Below are positions 38,945-48,907 of a DNA stretch of 64,000 nucleotides, piece after piece. This DNA comes from a virus. The stretch covers positions 11,405-75,404 of the IMG/VR virus record IMGVR_UViG_3300024346_000041. The stretch is one strand, 5' to 3'. The notes beneath the pieces are model-generated. The model had not been told where the DNA came from, made no database searches, and saw only the letters and a program-made list of their open reading frames with translations. A program made the position numbers and the translations under genes. Numbering within the stretch: position 1 is the stretch's first letter; each line of letters opens with the position of its first letter.

Positions 38945-39549
38945 CTAGTGACGATATTATGACTTATATTGAAAACGCTGCTAAAACTTACAATTTAATT
39001 GGAAGTTTTAGTACAGACTTTTCAGGCGCAGGTGACTCATTTAGCGACTTTGACTCTACGTCTGTAACTTGCATACATTGCGGTGTGACTAGAACTTCTT
39101 ACGATTTAATATACAGAAGCTCTCCTGTTAGAATGATTCCAGCTCATGATACAAAATGCCCATGTTCAATAAGCAGTGCTTTGGCTGCTGAGTTTGAGCA
39201 GCAGGCTTTAGACGTCATTTGTTTTACCCCTGTTGATACTAGAACTACAGCTCCACTTTCTAATGTAAATTTATGGGCTGCTAAAGAAGATCTTTTGTTT
39301 CAAATTATAGATCTTGATGCTAGGTCTGATTTTAATAATGACGGATGCAGAGGCGCTATAAGCATTTATTTTAACACCTTAACAGTAGATATAGAGGTCT
39401 CAGAATACGAGCAAGTTTGTAACGACTTAGGTACTAACACTTACGACAAAAGTTATTTTACTGGAGTTAAAGAGCCTGAAGTTAGTAAGGATCCAAAAGT
39501 AGATGTAGATGCTTTAGGCGACTTTAAAACATGGTTAACGCCTTCATAG
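38941..39549 (+). CDS. DUF6878-like protein
   Basis: FSGAGDS and FNNDGCRG motifs; coupled to the DUF6915-like gene. Confidence 0.5.
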   Translation: MTSDDIMTYIENAAKTYNLIGSFSTDFSGAGDSFSDFDSTSVTCIHCGVTRTSYDLIYRSSPVRMIPAHDTKCPCSISSALAAEFEQQALDVICFTPVDTRTTAPLSNVNLWAAKEDLLFQIIDLDARSDFNNDGCRGAISIYFNTLTVDIEVSEYEQVCNDLGTNTYDKSYFTGVKEPEVSKDPKVDVDALGDFKTWLTPS

Positions 39550-39616
39550 TTATTTTGTTTACATCGCAAATACGAATGGTAAACTGTGCCCTTATTAACT
39601 TTGTAAGGGGTCAACT

Positions 39617-40120
39617 ATGATAGCTTTCTGTGGATACGGCAGGTCTGGTAAAGACACGTCTGCTTATATGTTTTCTAAGATTACAGGTATTCCATACGCA
39701 GGCAGCATATCTTGGATGCACAAAGAGATAGTCGCTGCAAAACTAGGTATTCCTGACCAGTTAGCCTGGGACACTAGGCATGAAATAAGAGAAGACTGGA
39801 AGCGAATACTAGAAGAGTACAGGGGTGATGACCCTGCCAAATTAATCAGGACTTGTTTAAAATTTAGCCCTATTGTGTGTGGTGCAAGAACTTTTTTAGA
39901 GTTACAAGCTGCTTTACAGGAAGGACTTATAAAAATAGCAGTTTGGGTTGATAGGCCAGGTATTGCCAAAGACCCAACGGTAACCTATACTTCTTCTAAC
40001 TGCACTCATGTTTTGAACAACGCTGGAGACTTAAGAGAACTTAACAACCAGATAGCGGCATTCATAAGTGTAAATTTTTCTAACGGGTCTAACGGTCTAA
40101 TGGTTCCTAGTGGTCTTTAG
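39617..40120 (+). CDS. deoxynucleoside monophosphate kinase-like P-loop protein
   Basis: IAFCGYGRSGKDT, WVDRPG, LNNAG. Confidence 0.7.
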   Translation: MIAFCGYGRSGKDTSAYMFSKITGIPYAGSISWMHKEIVAAKLGIPDQLAWDTRHEIREDWKRILEEYRGDDPAKLIRTCLKFSPIVCGARTFLELQAALQEGLIKIAVWVDRPGIAKDPTVTYTSSNCTHVLNNAGDLRELNNQIAAFISVNFSNGSNGLMVPSGL

Positions 40121-40260
40121 ATGAATCGAGTCTACGTGACGTACAGCACATCGACAATTCGTTTTAAAAATCCAAAAAGTCTATTAGGCTATTTAAATCC
40201 GTCACACAGTGTTCCGGAACAGCGCCGTGCTGTTCCAATTTTTTCATTTGGAGGTCTTTT

Positions 40261-41547
40261 ATGTCTTTAGGTATTAGTTTGCCAAACTTTGATTCTAGGC
40301 CAGATTCTAATAGGGGTGACCATACCCTTAAGTCAGGAGCTGGTATCATTATGCGTCCTTCGTGGACAAAGAGTGATGCTACTGTAATTCGCCCATTTCC
40401 TTGTACAGAAGGCAATAGCTTTCAACCTGCAAGGTATAGCGAATCTGAGTGTTCTAAGTGGTTTTTTGAGTGCACCATGGTATCAAGCTTTGGTAACCCT
40501 CAGAAAAGCTGGATTGCTTACGATCCAGAGGACCACAACTACGAGGTAAGGAGCAATCCTAGTGTTATGGTGTATGACTTGGCTTATCAGGTAGCCAACA
40601 ACACTAATGTACGCGGTCCTCAAGAGTGGGCTCTTGCTATTAAAGGCGGAGCTGGTAAGTCTGCTACTGTTTCTAAGCCTGATAGAGTGCTTATTGTAAG
40701 ATGTGCAGTTTATGAGTACAAAGGGGAACCAAAACAACCTGTGGATGGGCTAGCTCCTCATCACCAGACTGTTTTTATGGTACTCAAAAAGTCAGCTGCT
40801 CAAGCACTTATTAGAGAGGTAAGCTTGTTAAAGCCTGACGGTGCTAGTTCTACTGGTAACGTCAATGACAAGTTTAAGAGTGGTGACGTAGTATCCGTTA
40901 AGGACGGAGCATTCCTAGTCTTTTACGAGATTGGTATGACTCCAAGAGGTTATGAAGCTCCTGCTTTATCTCCAGCTAGCTACGGCAAGCCACAGGGCAA
41001 AGGCTACGATTGTTTAATCAGCAAGACGTACAGAGGCCAACCAGCCAGCTTTACTGATGCAGAGATAGAGATCGTAGCTAGAAGGACTGCTACCCCTATT
41101 AGAGACAACCTAAACTTCCCTTCTGACGAGGAGCAGATTAGGTATGTAGTTGATAGTATGAGAGGACAAGCTGCTCACGCTGGTCTAGTAGTTCATGCTT
41201 TACGTGATAGATATGAACGTTTCTTGCCTAACGACTTCCTAAACTTTGGTAATGAATACCTTAGGCAGGTTGGTTTAATGGCTACAGCCGTATCTAACCC
41301 AGGTTATGCTCAGCCTGTACTTCCTACTTACCCTGCACCTGTGTACGCTCCAGCTCAGGCGTATGCTCCAACTCCTGTTCAGGCTCCTGCTCAGGCTACG
41401 GTTAAGGCTGCTCCACAAGCTTATCCAGATCCACAGAAGATTGTTAACGCAGCAGCAGCTGCGCCAGAGATCGACTTAGATAAGGATGCACTTATGGCTC
41501 AGCTAAGAGAGTTAAGGGCTAAAGCTGGAATTACTGACGCTAAGTAG
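40261..41547 (+). CDS. probable single-stranded DNA-binding protein
   Basis: VIRPFP N-terminal motif, Pro/Ala-rich tail, position directly before recA. Confidence 0.45.
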   Translation: MSLGISLPNFDSRPDSNRGDHTLKSGAGIIMRPSWTKSDATVIRPFPCTEGNSFQPARYSESECSKWFFECTMVSSFGNPQKSWIAYDPEDHNYEVRSNPSVMVYDLAYQVANNTNVRGPQEWALAIKGGAGKSATVSKPDRVLIVRCAVYEYKGEPKQPVDGLAPHHQTVFMVLKKSAAQALIREVSLLKPDGASSTGNVNDKFKSGDVVSVKDGAFLVFYEIGMTPRGYEAPALSPASYGKPQGKGYDCLISKTYRGQPASFTDAEIEIVARRTATPIRDNLNFPSDEEQIRYVVDSMRGQAAHAGLVVHALRDRYERFLPNDFLNFGNEYLRQVGLMATAVSNPGYAQPVLPTYPAPVYAPAQAYAPTPVQAPAQATVKAAPQAYPDPQKIVNAAAAAPEIDLDKDALMAQLRELRAKAGITDAK

Positions 41548-41558
41548 TAGTTAACCTA

Positions 41559-41585
41559 AGACCCTCCAGAGTTACTGGAGGGTCT
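41559..41585. terminator. strong hairpin between the putative SSB gene and recA
   Basis: AGACCCTCCAG/CTGGAGGGTCT 11-bp stem; no T tract. Confidence 0.5.
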
Positions 41586-41616
41586 ATAATACATATATAA
41601 ATAAGGAGATAGATAC

Positions 41617-42828
41617 ATGGCTAAGAGAAAGTGGGACCCAGACGTAAAGATAACAGCATCTGACTTTTTTTCTTCACAGATGACATCTTCACAGGCTGAG
41701 CTTGGACGTAACGACACTTATATTGGATCAGAGTCTCAAAGGGTTATCATAGGCATTCCATTGCCTGCGTTTAGCCTAAGATACTTGTTCCAAAACGACT
41801 GTTTTCCATTAAGCAGGATGACAGAACTGTATGGTATCAACGAGTCTTGTAAGTCAGCAATGTTGTATGAGATGTTTAGATGGCATGTTAATGCAGGTGG
41901 TGGGTACATCTTCAACCTAGCCGAACCTAAAGATAGCCCTGATCTTAGGTCTAGTATAATTGGCCATGAGGCTGATAGAAAGTGGCCAACTCAGACTTGT
42001 AACAGCATAGAGGATTGGCAGGAGAACATAACAAAATGGCTTAAAGAAAGTAGAAAAGCTTTTTCTGAGTCAGGGTCTTGCCCTTTTCCTGGAGCCATTG
42101 GAGTCGACTCTTTAACAGCTGTTGCAACTAGAGCAGAGATTGCTGCGATATGGGAAAAGGGTTTTGCACAGATAAACTTTGCAAAAGGTGCAAACATTAT
42201 TAACACCTATTGTAAGTTTGTGTTTTCAGAGATTAGAGTGTGGCCTTTTAGCTTCATTGGAGTTAACCATATGAAGGTAGGTAAGGACGCAAACGGTATT
42301 CCAGAGTATAAGATACCTGGAGGCCAATCGTTAGATTTTTATGCTACTTTTAAAATAAGAATGCAAAGGAAGGACGACATAGACAGGCTTGATGAGTCTG
42401 GTCGTTTAATTAAGTTTATTATGGATAAGAACAGCCTTGGAACGGCTCCAGAGCGAAGGTCCATACTAGCTCCTATGAAGTGGACATTTGACGAGAATGG
42501 AGTTCAAACCACTTGGTGGGATTGGCATGAGGCAAGCATACGCATCATAGAAGGAATGACTTCAGTACGTAAGAAGGTTATTACTGACATCACAGGACTT
42601 AAAAACATTGATAAGTCACGCAGGACTGCTGACTGCTCAAAGTTGGGCTTGGTAGGAGCTAGCTGGACTGAAGTAGGAGCAGCTATTGACGCAGACGTAG
42701 CTATGAGAGAAGAACTTGACGCTTCTCAAGGTATACGAAAGCGTAGACCTTTTGTTTTAGGCGTTCCCTACTCAACTCAGATGAGGGAAGCATGTGAAGC
42801 TGGAGAAGTTGAGAAAGTGGGTGTGTAA
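41617..42828 (+). CDS. recA: RecA/UvsX-like recombinase
   Basis: RMTELYGINESCKS (variant Walker A), GVDSL, PGGQSLDFYAT, KNS. Confidence 0.8.
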   Translation: MAKRKWDPDVKITASDFFSSQMTSSQAELGRNDTYIGSESQRVIIGIPLPAFSLRYLFQNDCFPLSRMTELYGINESCKSAMLYEMFRWHVNAGGGYIFNLAEPKDSPDLRSSIIGHEADRKWPTQTCNSIEDWQENITKWLKESRKAFSESGSCPFPGAIGVDSLTAVATRAEIAAIWEKGFAQINFAKGANIINTYCKFVFSEIRVWPFSFIGVNHMKVGKDANGIPEYKIPGGQSLDFYATFKIRMQRKDDIDRLDESGRLIKFIMDKNSLGTAPERRSILAPMKWTFDENGVQTTWWDWHEASIRIIEGMTSVRKKVITDITGLKNIDKSRRTADCSKLGLVGASWTEVGAAIDADVAMREELDASQGIRKRRPFVLGVPYSTQMREACEAGEVEKVGV

Positions 42829-43386
42829 ATGGTAAGTAGTGAAGAGTTTTTCAGCAAGAGGCCGGTAGGAATAGATTCGGAGGCTGTCTCAGTTGAGGCA
42901 GCCTTAAGAGTCCTTGTTAATAGGTTTCCTTGCATTGGTTCGTTTCCTCATCTTAAGAGGCTTTGCAAAGAACAAACTGGTGATACCAAGGTTACATTAT
43001 CTTGGTTTTACGAAGAGTATCCTAATTTTCCAATTAGGGTAGTTTATAAAAACATTCCATGGATAAGAGACATGTGGGCTGGTTTACATAGCGGTTTTAA
43101 GAAGACCGAACTATATGCTGCTTGGAAAAGTAATGAAGACGCCATCAAGCTTAGCGGTGTTGATGACTTTCTTACAAAGCCTACAGCAGTAGTGTTCAAC
43201 TGGCCCAGTTGGAAGATGTGTTGTATCCATAACTTAGAGTCGAAACAATTTGGCGGTTCTTGGTACAGCGTGGCCGCCGCCAAAGACGATGACTGCTTAA
43301 AGATCTACAAGTCTTTAAAGAACGGAGAAAGCTTTGTGATCGAGCCGTTCGAGCAGCTTCTTGATTCGATCACATGGTCTAATTAA
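42829..43386 (+). CDS. hypothetical protein
   Basis: Coupled to recA. Confidence 0.6.
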   Translation: MVSSEEFFSKRPVGIDSEAVSVEAALRVLVNRFPCIGSFPHLKRLCKEQTGDTKVTLSWFYEEYPNFPIRVVYKNIPWIRDMWAGLHSGFKKTELYAAWKSNEDAIKLSGVDDFLTKPTAVVFNWPSWKMCCIHNLESKQFGGSWYSVAAAKDDDCLKIYKSLKNGESFVIEPFEQLLDSITWSN

Positions 43387-43400
43387 CGAAAGGATTTCTA

Positions 43401-43784
43401 ATGAAAGATAACAGTAAAACTGGTGGAAACTTGTATGTAGAGATGAGCAGGTCTGCCAACATACCTTTAGAGGTTAGTGACAGCCCATCATGTGCAGCTT
43501 CCGCTCCTTATAAGTACTTGGAGGTTGCTCTACAGTATGTACCTTCTTGTGACAAAGAAGTAGCTAGCACTTTAGAGGCTTTTGACCGAGATTGGTTCAA
43601 GACTCTTGTAGACTTTAACCCTTCTATAAATAACCTTGGCGATGCTGTAAAGGAAGCGGCCAATGCTCTCATTTCTCAAGTTAACCCAGCCCAAGTAGAG
43701 ATGCTTGTTAGCTTGTCTAATGACGTGGACAAGCTTGGGTTTTGTAGTAAGACTGTTAAGTTTTCATGGTCTAAACCAGAGTAA
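43401..43784 (+). CDS. hypothetical protein
   Basis: AAGGA RBS. Confidence 0.6.
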   Translation: MKDNSKTGGNLYVEMSRSANIPLEVSDSPSCAASAPYKYLEVALQYVPSCDKEVASTLEAFDRDWFKTLVDFNPSINNLGDAVKEAANALISQVNPAQVEMLVSLSNDVDKLGFCSKTVKFSWSKPE

Positions 43785-43790
43785 CCCACC

Positions 43791-44981
43791 ATGGCTACAA
43801 GATCCCCTAGTAACGAACCTACCAACCTCGCCGTCTCCTTACGGGGTGCGTTGTTTCATAGAACCGACTATGAAAAGCTAGTTAATGTTTTAGCTGACTG
43901 TGAAAGGACTACTGATTCTTGGATGATAGACTCCGAGGATCAGCTTGTACTTTCTAGAAAAGCTTTAACAGCTGGGGGTGATCGTATCTCATGGTTGGCT
44001 ATGCGCCAGATTTGCAAAGCTCTATCTGCAGGTCTGGCGTCTTCTCTTGCCGACTTATTAGGAATGAGAAGATCTGCAGACGCCATGGATAAACCGTCAA
44101 AAGTTAAAGCAGACCCTGATGAAGACTTTACAGTCGGAGAGGCTGCATCCTTATACAACCTTGTTCTTAAGAAAAGGTTTGGTAGATTGTTTGGTTTCCA
44201 GGCCATTAGAAACTCTGAGACGAGAGTCATAGAGGCTCTAGTAGGCAATAGGTACAGGAGGTTATCCAATAGTGATTTTTTATCGGCTGTTTCTAGTGTT
44301 ATGGGTTCTTGTAGCGTAAGTCTTTCTTTCTTCTCTGCTGAGCTGTCCGGAAGACGCGTATCCCTAGTATACTCTACGAACGGCTACGATGAGACAGGGC
44401 TTACACCAGGCATAAGGCTTGTTAATAGCGAGATAGGAGACTCGGCCATAAAAGCGGCTGTAGTACTTATTGATAGCAAAGGAGCCACTATGCAGTCTTC
44501 TTATGGAAGAATGGGAAGAGTAGCTCATTCAGGAAGAGACCTTCTTGGTAAGTTATCTCAACTCATTGTAGGTGTAGTAGCTAAGCTTGAAAACAAGACA
44601 TTTTCTAAAGAGTCTATTGCTAAGAAAGAGTCAGACGCTCAGAGTAGGCTTCTAGGTTTTACAGGTGAAGAGAAGGATGAAGCTAGGTTTCGTTCGTTAG
44701 TTGAGTTCTTAACTGACAGGGGTGGTCTTACTTACTTTATGTCTAGACGGTGCCTGTCTATGGTTCTTACTGGTGATGAACCTGCTTCAAACAACTTCCT
44801 CATGCTAGATAGATCTAAGAACTGGCCAAGTAGGTCTGCTATGGACTTGGTACGTTCTATAACTATGGAGAGTCTTGAGCAGAGATCTCTCAACTTCTCC
44901 AACACGGACAAATACGAGCGAATAGCTTGGAATTTGTTTTTTAACAGGTTGGTTTTGCCGGATATTGTTTCCGGTGAATAG
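43791..44981 (+). CDS. DUF932-like protein
   Basis: RYRRLSNSDFL and GIRLVNSEIGDSA motifs. Confidence 0.55.
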   Translation: MATRSPSNEPTNLAVSLRGALFHRTDYEKLVNVLADCERTTDSWMIDSEDQLVLSRKALTAGGDRISWLAMRQICKALSAGLASSLADLLGMRRSADAMDKPSKVKADPDEDFTVGEAASLYNLVLKKRFGRLFGFQAIRNSETRVIEALVGNRYRRLSNSDFLSAVSSVMGSCSVSLSFFSAELSGRRVSLVYSTNGYDETGLTPGIRLVNSEIGDSAIKAAVVLIDSKGATMQSSYGRMGRVAHSGRDLLGKLSQLIVGVVAKLENKTFSKESIAKKESDAQSRLLGFTGEEKDEARFRSLVEFLTDRGGLTYFMSRRCLSMVLTGDEPASNNFLMLDRSKNWPSRSAMDLVRSITMESLEQRSLNFSNTDKYERIAWNLFFNRLVLPDIVSGE

Positions 44982-45008
44982 TCTTTTCTTTTACAACTGA
45001 GGTGATTC

Positions 45009-45917
45009 ATGAAAGACAAATTAGAAGCAATTGAAAAAGATACTGAGTTGGCTGCAAATCAGCATGTCAAATCAAGTGAACCCAATAAGCCAGATATAAC
45101 TGATTCTATGAGCGACGAGCTATTTGAGATTTACGAGAAGGAAAAGAAAGCTTACCAAGAGTTTAGAGACGATATGATTAGCTTTAACTACGACAGGGGT
45201 AGCGTAGCTAGAACTGTCAGAGGTAATCCTAAGCTTGGAGATAAAGCTGTAGAACAACTTTCTAAGGCTCTTTCAGTTGATAAATCAACTGTCTATAAGA
45301 CTATTACTTTTAGCTCTATGTATACAACTAAGTCAGAGCTTAACAAGGTAGTACAGCGAGCTAAGGATTCTGGGTTTGTATTAACTTGGTCTCACTTCGC
45401 TAGCGTTATGCATCTTCCGAGTTCTTCAGAAACAGACCCACATGATAATAGAAGAAAGATGATAGACAAGGCTATATCTGGTAAGCTTTCGGTTAGAGAT
45501 CTTATGTCTGAGATCAAGACTGAGTTCGGCGGTACCACTGCTAAGAGGACTGCTAACAGAGGGTCAGAGGTATCTTCTTCTATCAAGCAGGTCATCAGCG
45601 GTACTGAAAGGTATCAGGCAAAGATTAAGGCTCAAGTTGAAAACATATTGGCTGACTTTACTGAAGTCGTAAACCAGATAGAAAAACCTGATGAGTTTTT
45701 ATCAAAAGTAGAGGAGATGCATGAGACTGTAGCCACCCTTAGTTCCATGTTGGCTAGGATTTTAGTATTTACTGAAAACCTTCCATCTGTTACCAAGAAG
45801 GCCATAGAAGAAAGAGATGCCGCTAAGAAGGCACTAACCGATACTGACAAGTCTGAAGCGCTATCCAAGACTAAGTCAAGGAGGCCAGCGTCTATAGACT
45901 CTAAGTTAAGTAGCTGA
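45009..45917 (+). CDS. ParB/Spo0J-DBD-like (YhcG-N/DUF1016-like) HTH protein with coiled-coil C-terminus
   Basis: GDKAVEQLSKALSVDKSTVYK HTH, LTWSHF, AISGKLSVRDLMSEIK. Confidence 0.55.
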   Translation: MKDKLEAIEKDTELAANQHVKSSEPNKPDITDSMSDELFEIYEKEKKAYQEFRDDMISFNYDRGSVARTVRGNPKLGDKAVEQLSKALSVDKSTVYKTITFSSMYTTKSELNKVVQRAKDSGFVLTWSHFASVMHLPSSSETDPHDNRRKMIDKAISGKLSVRDLMSEIKTEFGGTTAKRTANRGSEVSSSIKQVISGTERYQAKIKAQVENILADFTEVVNQIEKPDEFLSKVEEMHETVATLSSMLARILVFTENLPSVTKKAIEERDAAKKALTDTDKSEALSKTKSRRPASIDSKLSS

Positions 45918-45924
45918 GGTTATA

Positions 45925-46674
45925 TTGAGCACTACGATATGCTGTTTGATGTACGGAGACTACCCTAAGCTGGCTTTAAGGTGTTTAAACCCTATAAGCC
46001 AGCTTTATAAAAGCGGAGTCGAAGTTAGAATAGGACTAAACGAAACGTCTGAGGCTACCAATAAGGTAGTCTCAGATCTTTTCATTAATAGCGACAGGTT
46101 AGTCAACCTTAGCTTTAACCCACAGATATTCAAATACCCTATGATGGATAGGCTTTTCAAGGCAAAGCCTATTACCACCGACTACGTTATGTGGTTCGAT
46201 GACGATAGCTTTATAAAGGACTCTAATCCATTGGCGTGGCTGTCAGCTACTGAGAAGTTTATGAACGATAGCGAATCAGACATGGCAGGCGCTATATACC
46301 ACATACCCATATTACCAGGACAGACCGAGTGGAGACGTCTCCACTGCGACTGGTTTGTAAGTGGACCTCTTCCTGGAAGACCAGAGATGACAAAGTTTGC
46401 TACAGGAGGTTGGTGGATTATTAAGACAAGTGTGATAAACAAGTATAAGTGGCCTCATCCAATGCTTAAGCATTGCGGAGGGGATGTCCTTTTAGGCGAG
46501 CTAATAAGGCATCAAGGTCTTAAACTTTCAAGCTATAAGGCTGGCGTCGCTGTAAACGCAGACGATAACGGAAAAGAATCTGCATCTGATAGACGAGGCT
46601 ATAACGAGCCACCTCTTGGTTCTAAGAAGTCTCAGATTGAAGTATGGAATGACAGATTTAAGAAAGAAGGGTGA
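45925..46674 (+). CDS. glycosyltransferase (GT-A fold)
   Basis: YVMWFDDDSF, FATGGWW, GGDVLLG. Confidence 0.7.
   Translation: MSTTICCLMYGDYPKLALRCLNPISQLYKSGVEVRIGLNETSEATNKVVSDLFINSDRLVNLSFNPQIFKYPMMDRLFKAKPITTDYVMWFDDDSFIKDSNPLAWLSATEKFMNDSESDMAGAIYHIPILPGQTEWRRLHCDWFVSGPLPGRPEMTKFATGGWWIIKTSVINKYKWPHPMLKHCGGDVLLGELIRHQGLKLSSYKAGVAVNADDNGKESASDRRGYNEPPLGSKKSQIEVWNDRFKKEG
46328..46345. repeat. dispersed palindrome AGTGGAGACGTCTCCACT
   Basis: Inside a glycosyltransferase gene, read as EWRRLHC. Confidence 0.95.
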
Positions 46675-46677
46675 TTA

Positions 46678-47586
46678 ATGTTTAGCAGGAGGCTTAGTGA
46701 TGAGAAGGTTAAGGTGTCTTCGTCGAAAATACTCAACACTCGCAAGCGGGTTGTTGATGCTCTCATTCCTTTTTGTGGCAGCATTCTTACAAGCGATTCT
46801 ATTAGTTCTGCTTCAGCTGCTTTATCATTTTGTATTCCAAAGGCATGCATAGACTTTGCTTTCTCTCAAGATATGCTTCTTAGATATTTAAGGCAGCCTA
46901 TTACAGTACGCGACGTAGAGGCTATAGCTGCAAAGATAGCTGGTAACATGCCTCTTCTAATGCAAGGCGAACAGGTTAAAGATACTGACTGGAGAATAAG
47001 GTCTGACTGGGGCCTTATAAAGATAGTAAGCATAGAGAAGGCTGTGAGGTTGTTTAAAGACGGGAATAAGCAGAGAGGCATATGGGTAGACCTTGATGTT
47101 ATGAGCGGGCCAGCTAGCTCAATGCTATATAGAAGGTTTTGGTCATCAGACATGTGCAACTATGCAAAGTATAGAATAGGTTTTAGTAGAAGCGAAGATA
47201 ATAATAAATACCCATATCTAGATGAATCTAACTTTACAAGTCTGTACTTCCTAGGTTACTTTGATCACCTAGCGGTTAGGGAAAAGCCTGACTACACAGA
47301 ATTTCTATGTAATGACTATGTAGTATCTAAGAACAGAGAATTGCTTAGAAAGCGGTACAGGGCTATACATAGGAATGAAGAATTTACTTGTCCACGTGAG
47401 TACCCTGTAACAGTTAATTGTCATAGGTGCCCAGCAGGTTTAAGTGAATGCGAGGCAGCTACTCATCTGAACACCTATCAAGAAAAGCACTGTGAAGTGT
47501 GTAATAAGGTGTCTTGGGTAGACCCAGGAAAGCCAGGTAAGTGTGTTGATTGCGTAATCAGTACTAGTTTAAACTTAGTAGATTAA
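46678..47586 (+). CDS. hypothetical protein with Cys-rich C-terminus
   Basis: CP...CHRCP...CEVC...CVDC. Confidence 0.65.
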   Translation: MFSRRLSDEKVKVSSSKILNTRKRVVDALIPFCGSILTSDSISSASAALSFCIPKACIDFAFSQDMLLRYLRQPITVRDVEAIAAKIAGNMPLLMQGEQVKDTDWRIRSDWGLIKIVSIEKAVRLFKDGNKQRGIWVDLDVMSGPASSMLYRRFWSSDMCNYAKYRIGFSRSEDNNKYPYLDESNFTSLYFLGYFDHLAVREKPDYTEFLCNDYVVSKNRELLRKRYRAIHRNEEFTCPREYPVTVNCHRCPAGLSECEAATHLNTYQEKHCEVCNKVSWVDPGKPGKCVDCVISTSLNLVD

Positions 47587-47597
47587 AGGAGAAAGTT

Positions 47598-48101
47598 TTG
47601 GCAACTAACATTTTAGGTCATGTGGATCGCAGGAGATATAACCCTTCAAGAGACATAGCATATTGCTGGCCTAGTATCATGCAGTCTGCCATGGACAGGG
47701 TAAGCAAGGGCACAGGCCTCCCATGGTTTATGAGCTTAGTTAAAAAGCACCAAGTAACTGATGAGGCGCTTTCAAAAACTGCTAAGGCCATTGCGCACTA
47801 CATGGCTGCTTGTAACAAACCTGACGAATGTCCAAGTAATGTTAAGGATGCTATGGAAAAATCAGGATTATTTGAGTGTGATGAGACAGCAAAGATGTTA
47901 CTCTACGCCGCCTTAGGTGAAACAATGATGGCAGCCTTTTATTCATCTATACGAGACGTCCTTGTAGAAGATGAGCCTTCACCTTTGAATGATAAGAGGC
48001 TAATTGAGCTGGTTGGATCTTCAATGGACAGGATTTTCTATAGTAGAAGGTCAGCTTTGGGAAGGGTATGCGATAAGGTTGTTTCTTTTTTTAAAAAATA
48101 G
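47598..48101 (+). CDS. hypothetical protein
   Basis: AAGGAG RBS, TTG start. Confidence 0.65.
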   Translation: MATNILGHVDRRRYNPSRDIAYCWPSIMQSAMDRVSKGTGLPWFMSLVKKHQVTDEALSKTAKAIAHYMAACNKPDECPSNVKDAMEKSGLFECDETAKMLLYAALGETMMAAFYSSIRDVLVEDEPSPLNDKRLIELVGSSMDRIFYSRRSALGRVCDKVVSFFKK

Positions 48102-48113
48102 TTAGGAAGTCTT

Positions 48114-48896
48114 ATGGTAGATGAAGAGTCTGATGTGTGGATGGCAAAGGTAGTATCTAAGCTTGGACCTCTACCTTCCAACTACATAGTGTTTGATGTT
48201 GAGTCAACAGGCTTAGATTTATCAAACGATTTAGTGGTGCAGTTGGGGTACGTACTGGTACACAATCGCACCTTGGTAGACTGCGGTAGTTTTATAGTAG
48301 ACTGGACTCATAATAGCAGCCCAGACTTCTGTTCTTGGCTTGATAACCGCATGGCTTTTACTAAGAATGCTATGGACTCTAAGAACCCTGGAGAACTTGG
48401 CACCTCCGTATATAAGCACAGCATTGAAAGAATGAAGCAACATGGCATACCTGCCTATGATGCTTTCACTCACTTTATGGACATAGTTAAACTGTGTAAG
48501 TCTAATAAATTTAGCTTTATAGCGCATAACGGTCTTAGGTTTGATCAGCCAATGATAGATAGGTGTGTAAAGCAGCTTAGAGGCGACAACGAGAGCTTCA
48601 GCATTGAAGGCTCAGGTATGAGCTACTTTGACACTATGGGACTAGAGCGTGGAAGTCAGTGTAAGCTAACTCCTAACCCTGGTGACGATTGGTTCAGCTT
48701 TAACGTAAGGCTTATAAAAGAAGGTGGAAGGCTTTACAGCTCTTTAGACAAACACTGCTCTAAGAAGTACGATTTAGTGAATAAGCACAGCCTTCAAGGA
48801 AGTGCTCACGAGGCTGACTTTGACTGTAAGCTTACTCACCATCTTTTTGAAGAGTTTAGAGAGATGTCTGAACGAGGTTTTAAGAAAGTAAACTAA
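48114..48896 (+). CDS. DEDDh 3'-5' exonuclease (DnaQ-like)
   Basis: VFDVESTG, AHNGLRFD, AHEADFD. Confidence 0.85.
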   Translation: MVDEESDVWMAKVVSKLGPLPSNYIVFDVESTGLDLSNDLVVQLGYVLVHNRTLVDCGSFIVDWTHNSSPDFCSWLDNRMAFTKNAMDSKNPGELGTSVYKHSIERMKQHGIPAYDAFTHFMDIVKLCKSNKFSFIAHNGLRFDQPMIDRCVKQLRGDNESFSIEGSGMSYFDTMGLERGSQCKLTPNPGDDWFSFNVRLIKEGGRLYSSLDKHCSKKYDLVNKHSLQGSAHEADFDCKLTHHLFEEFREMSERGFKKVN

Positions 48897-48907
48897 TAGG
48901 GGTTTGA

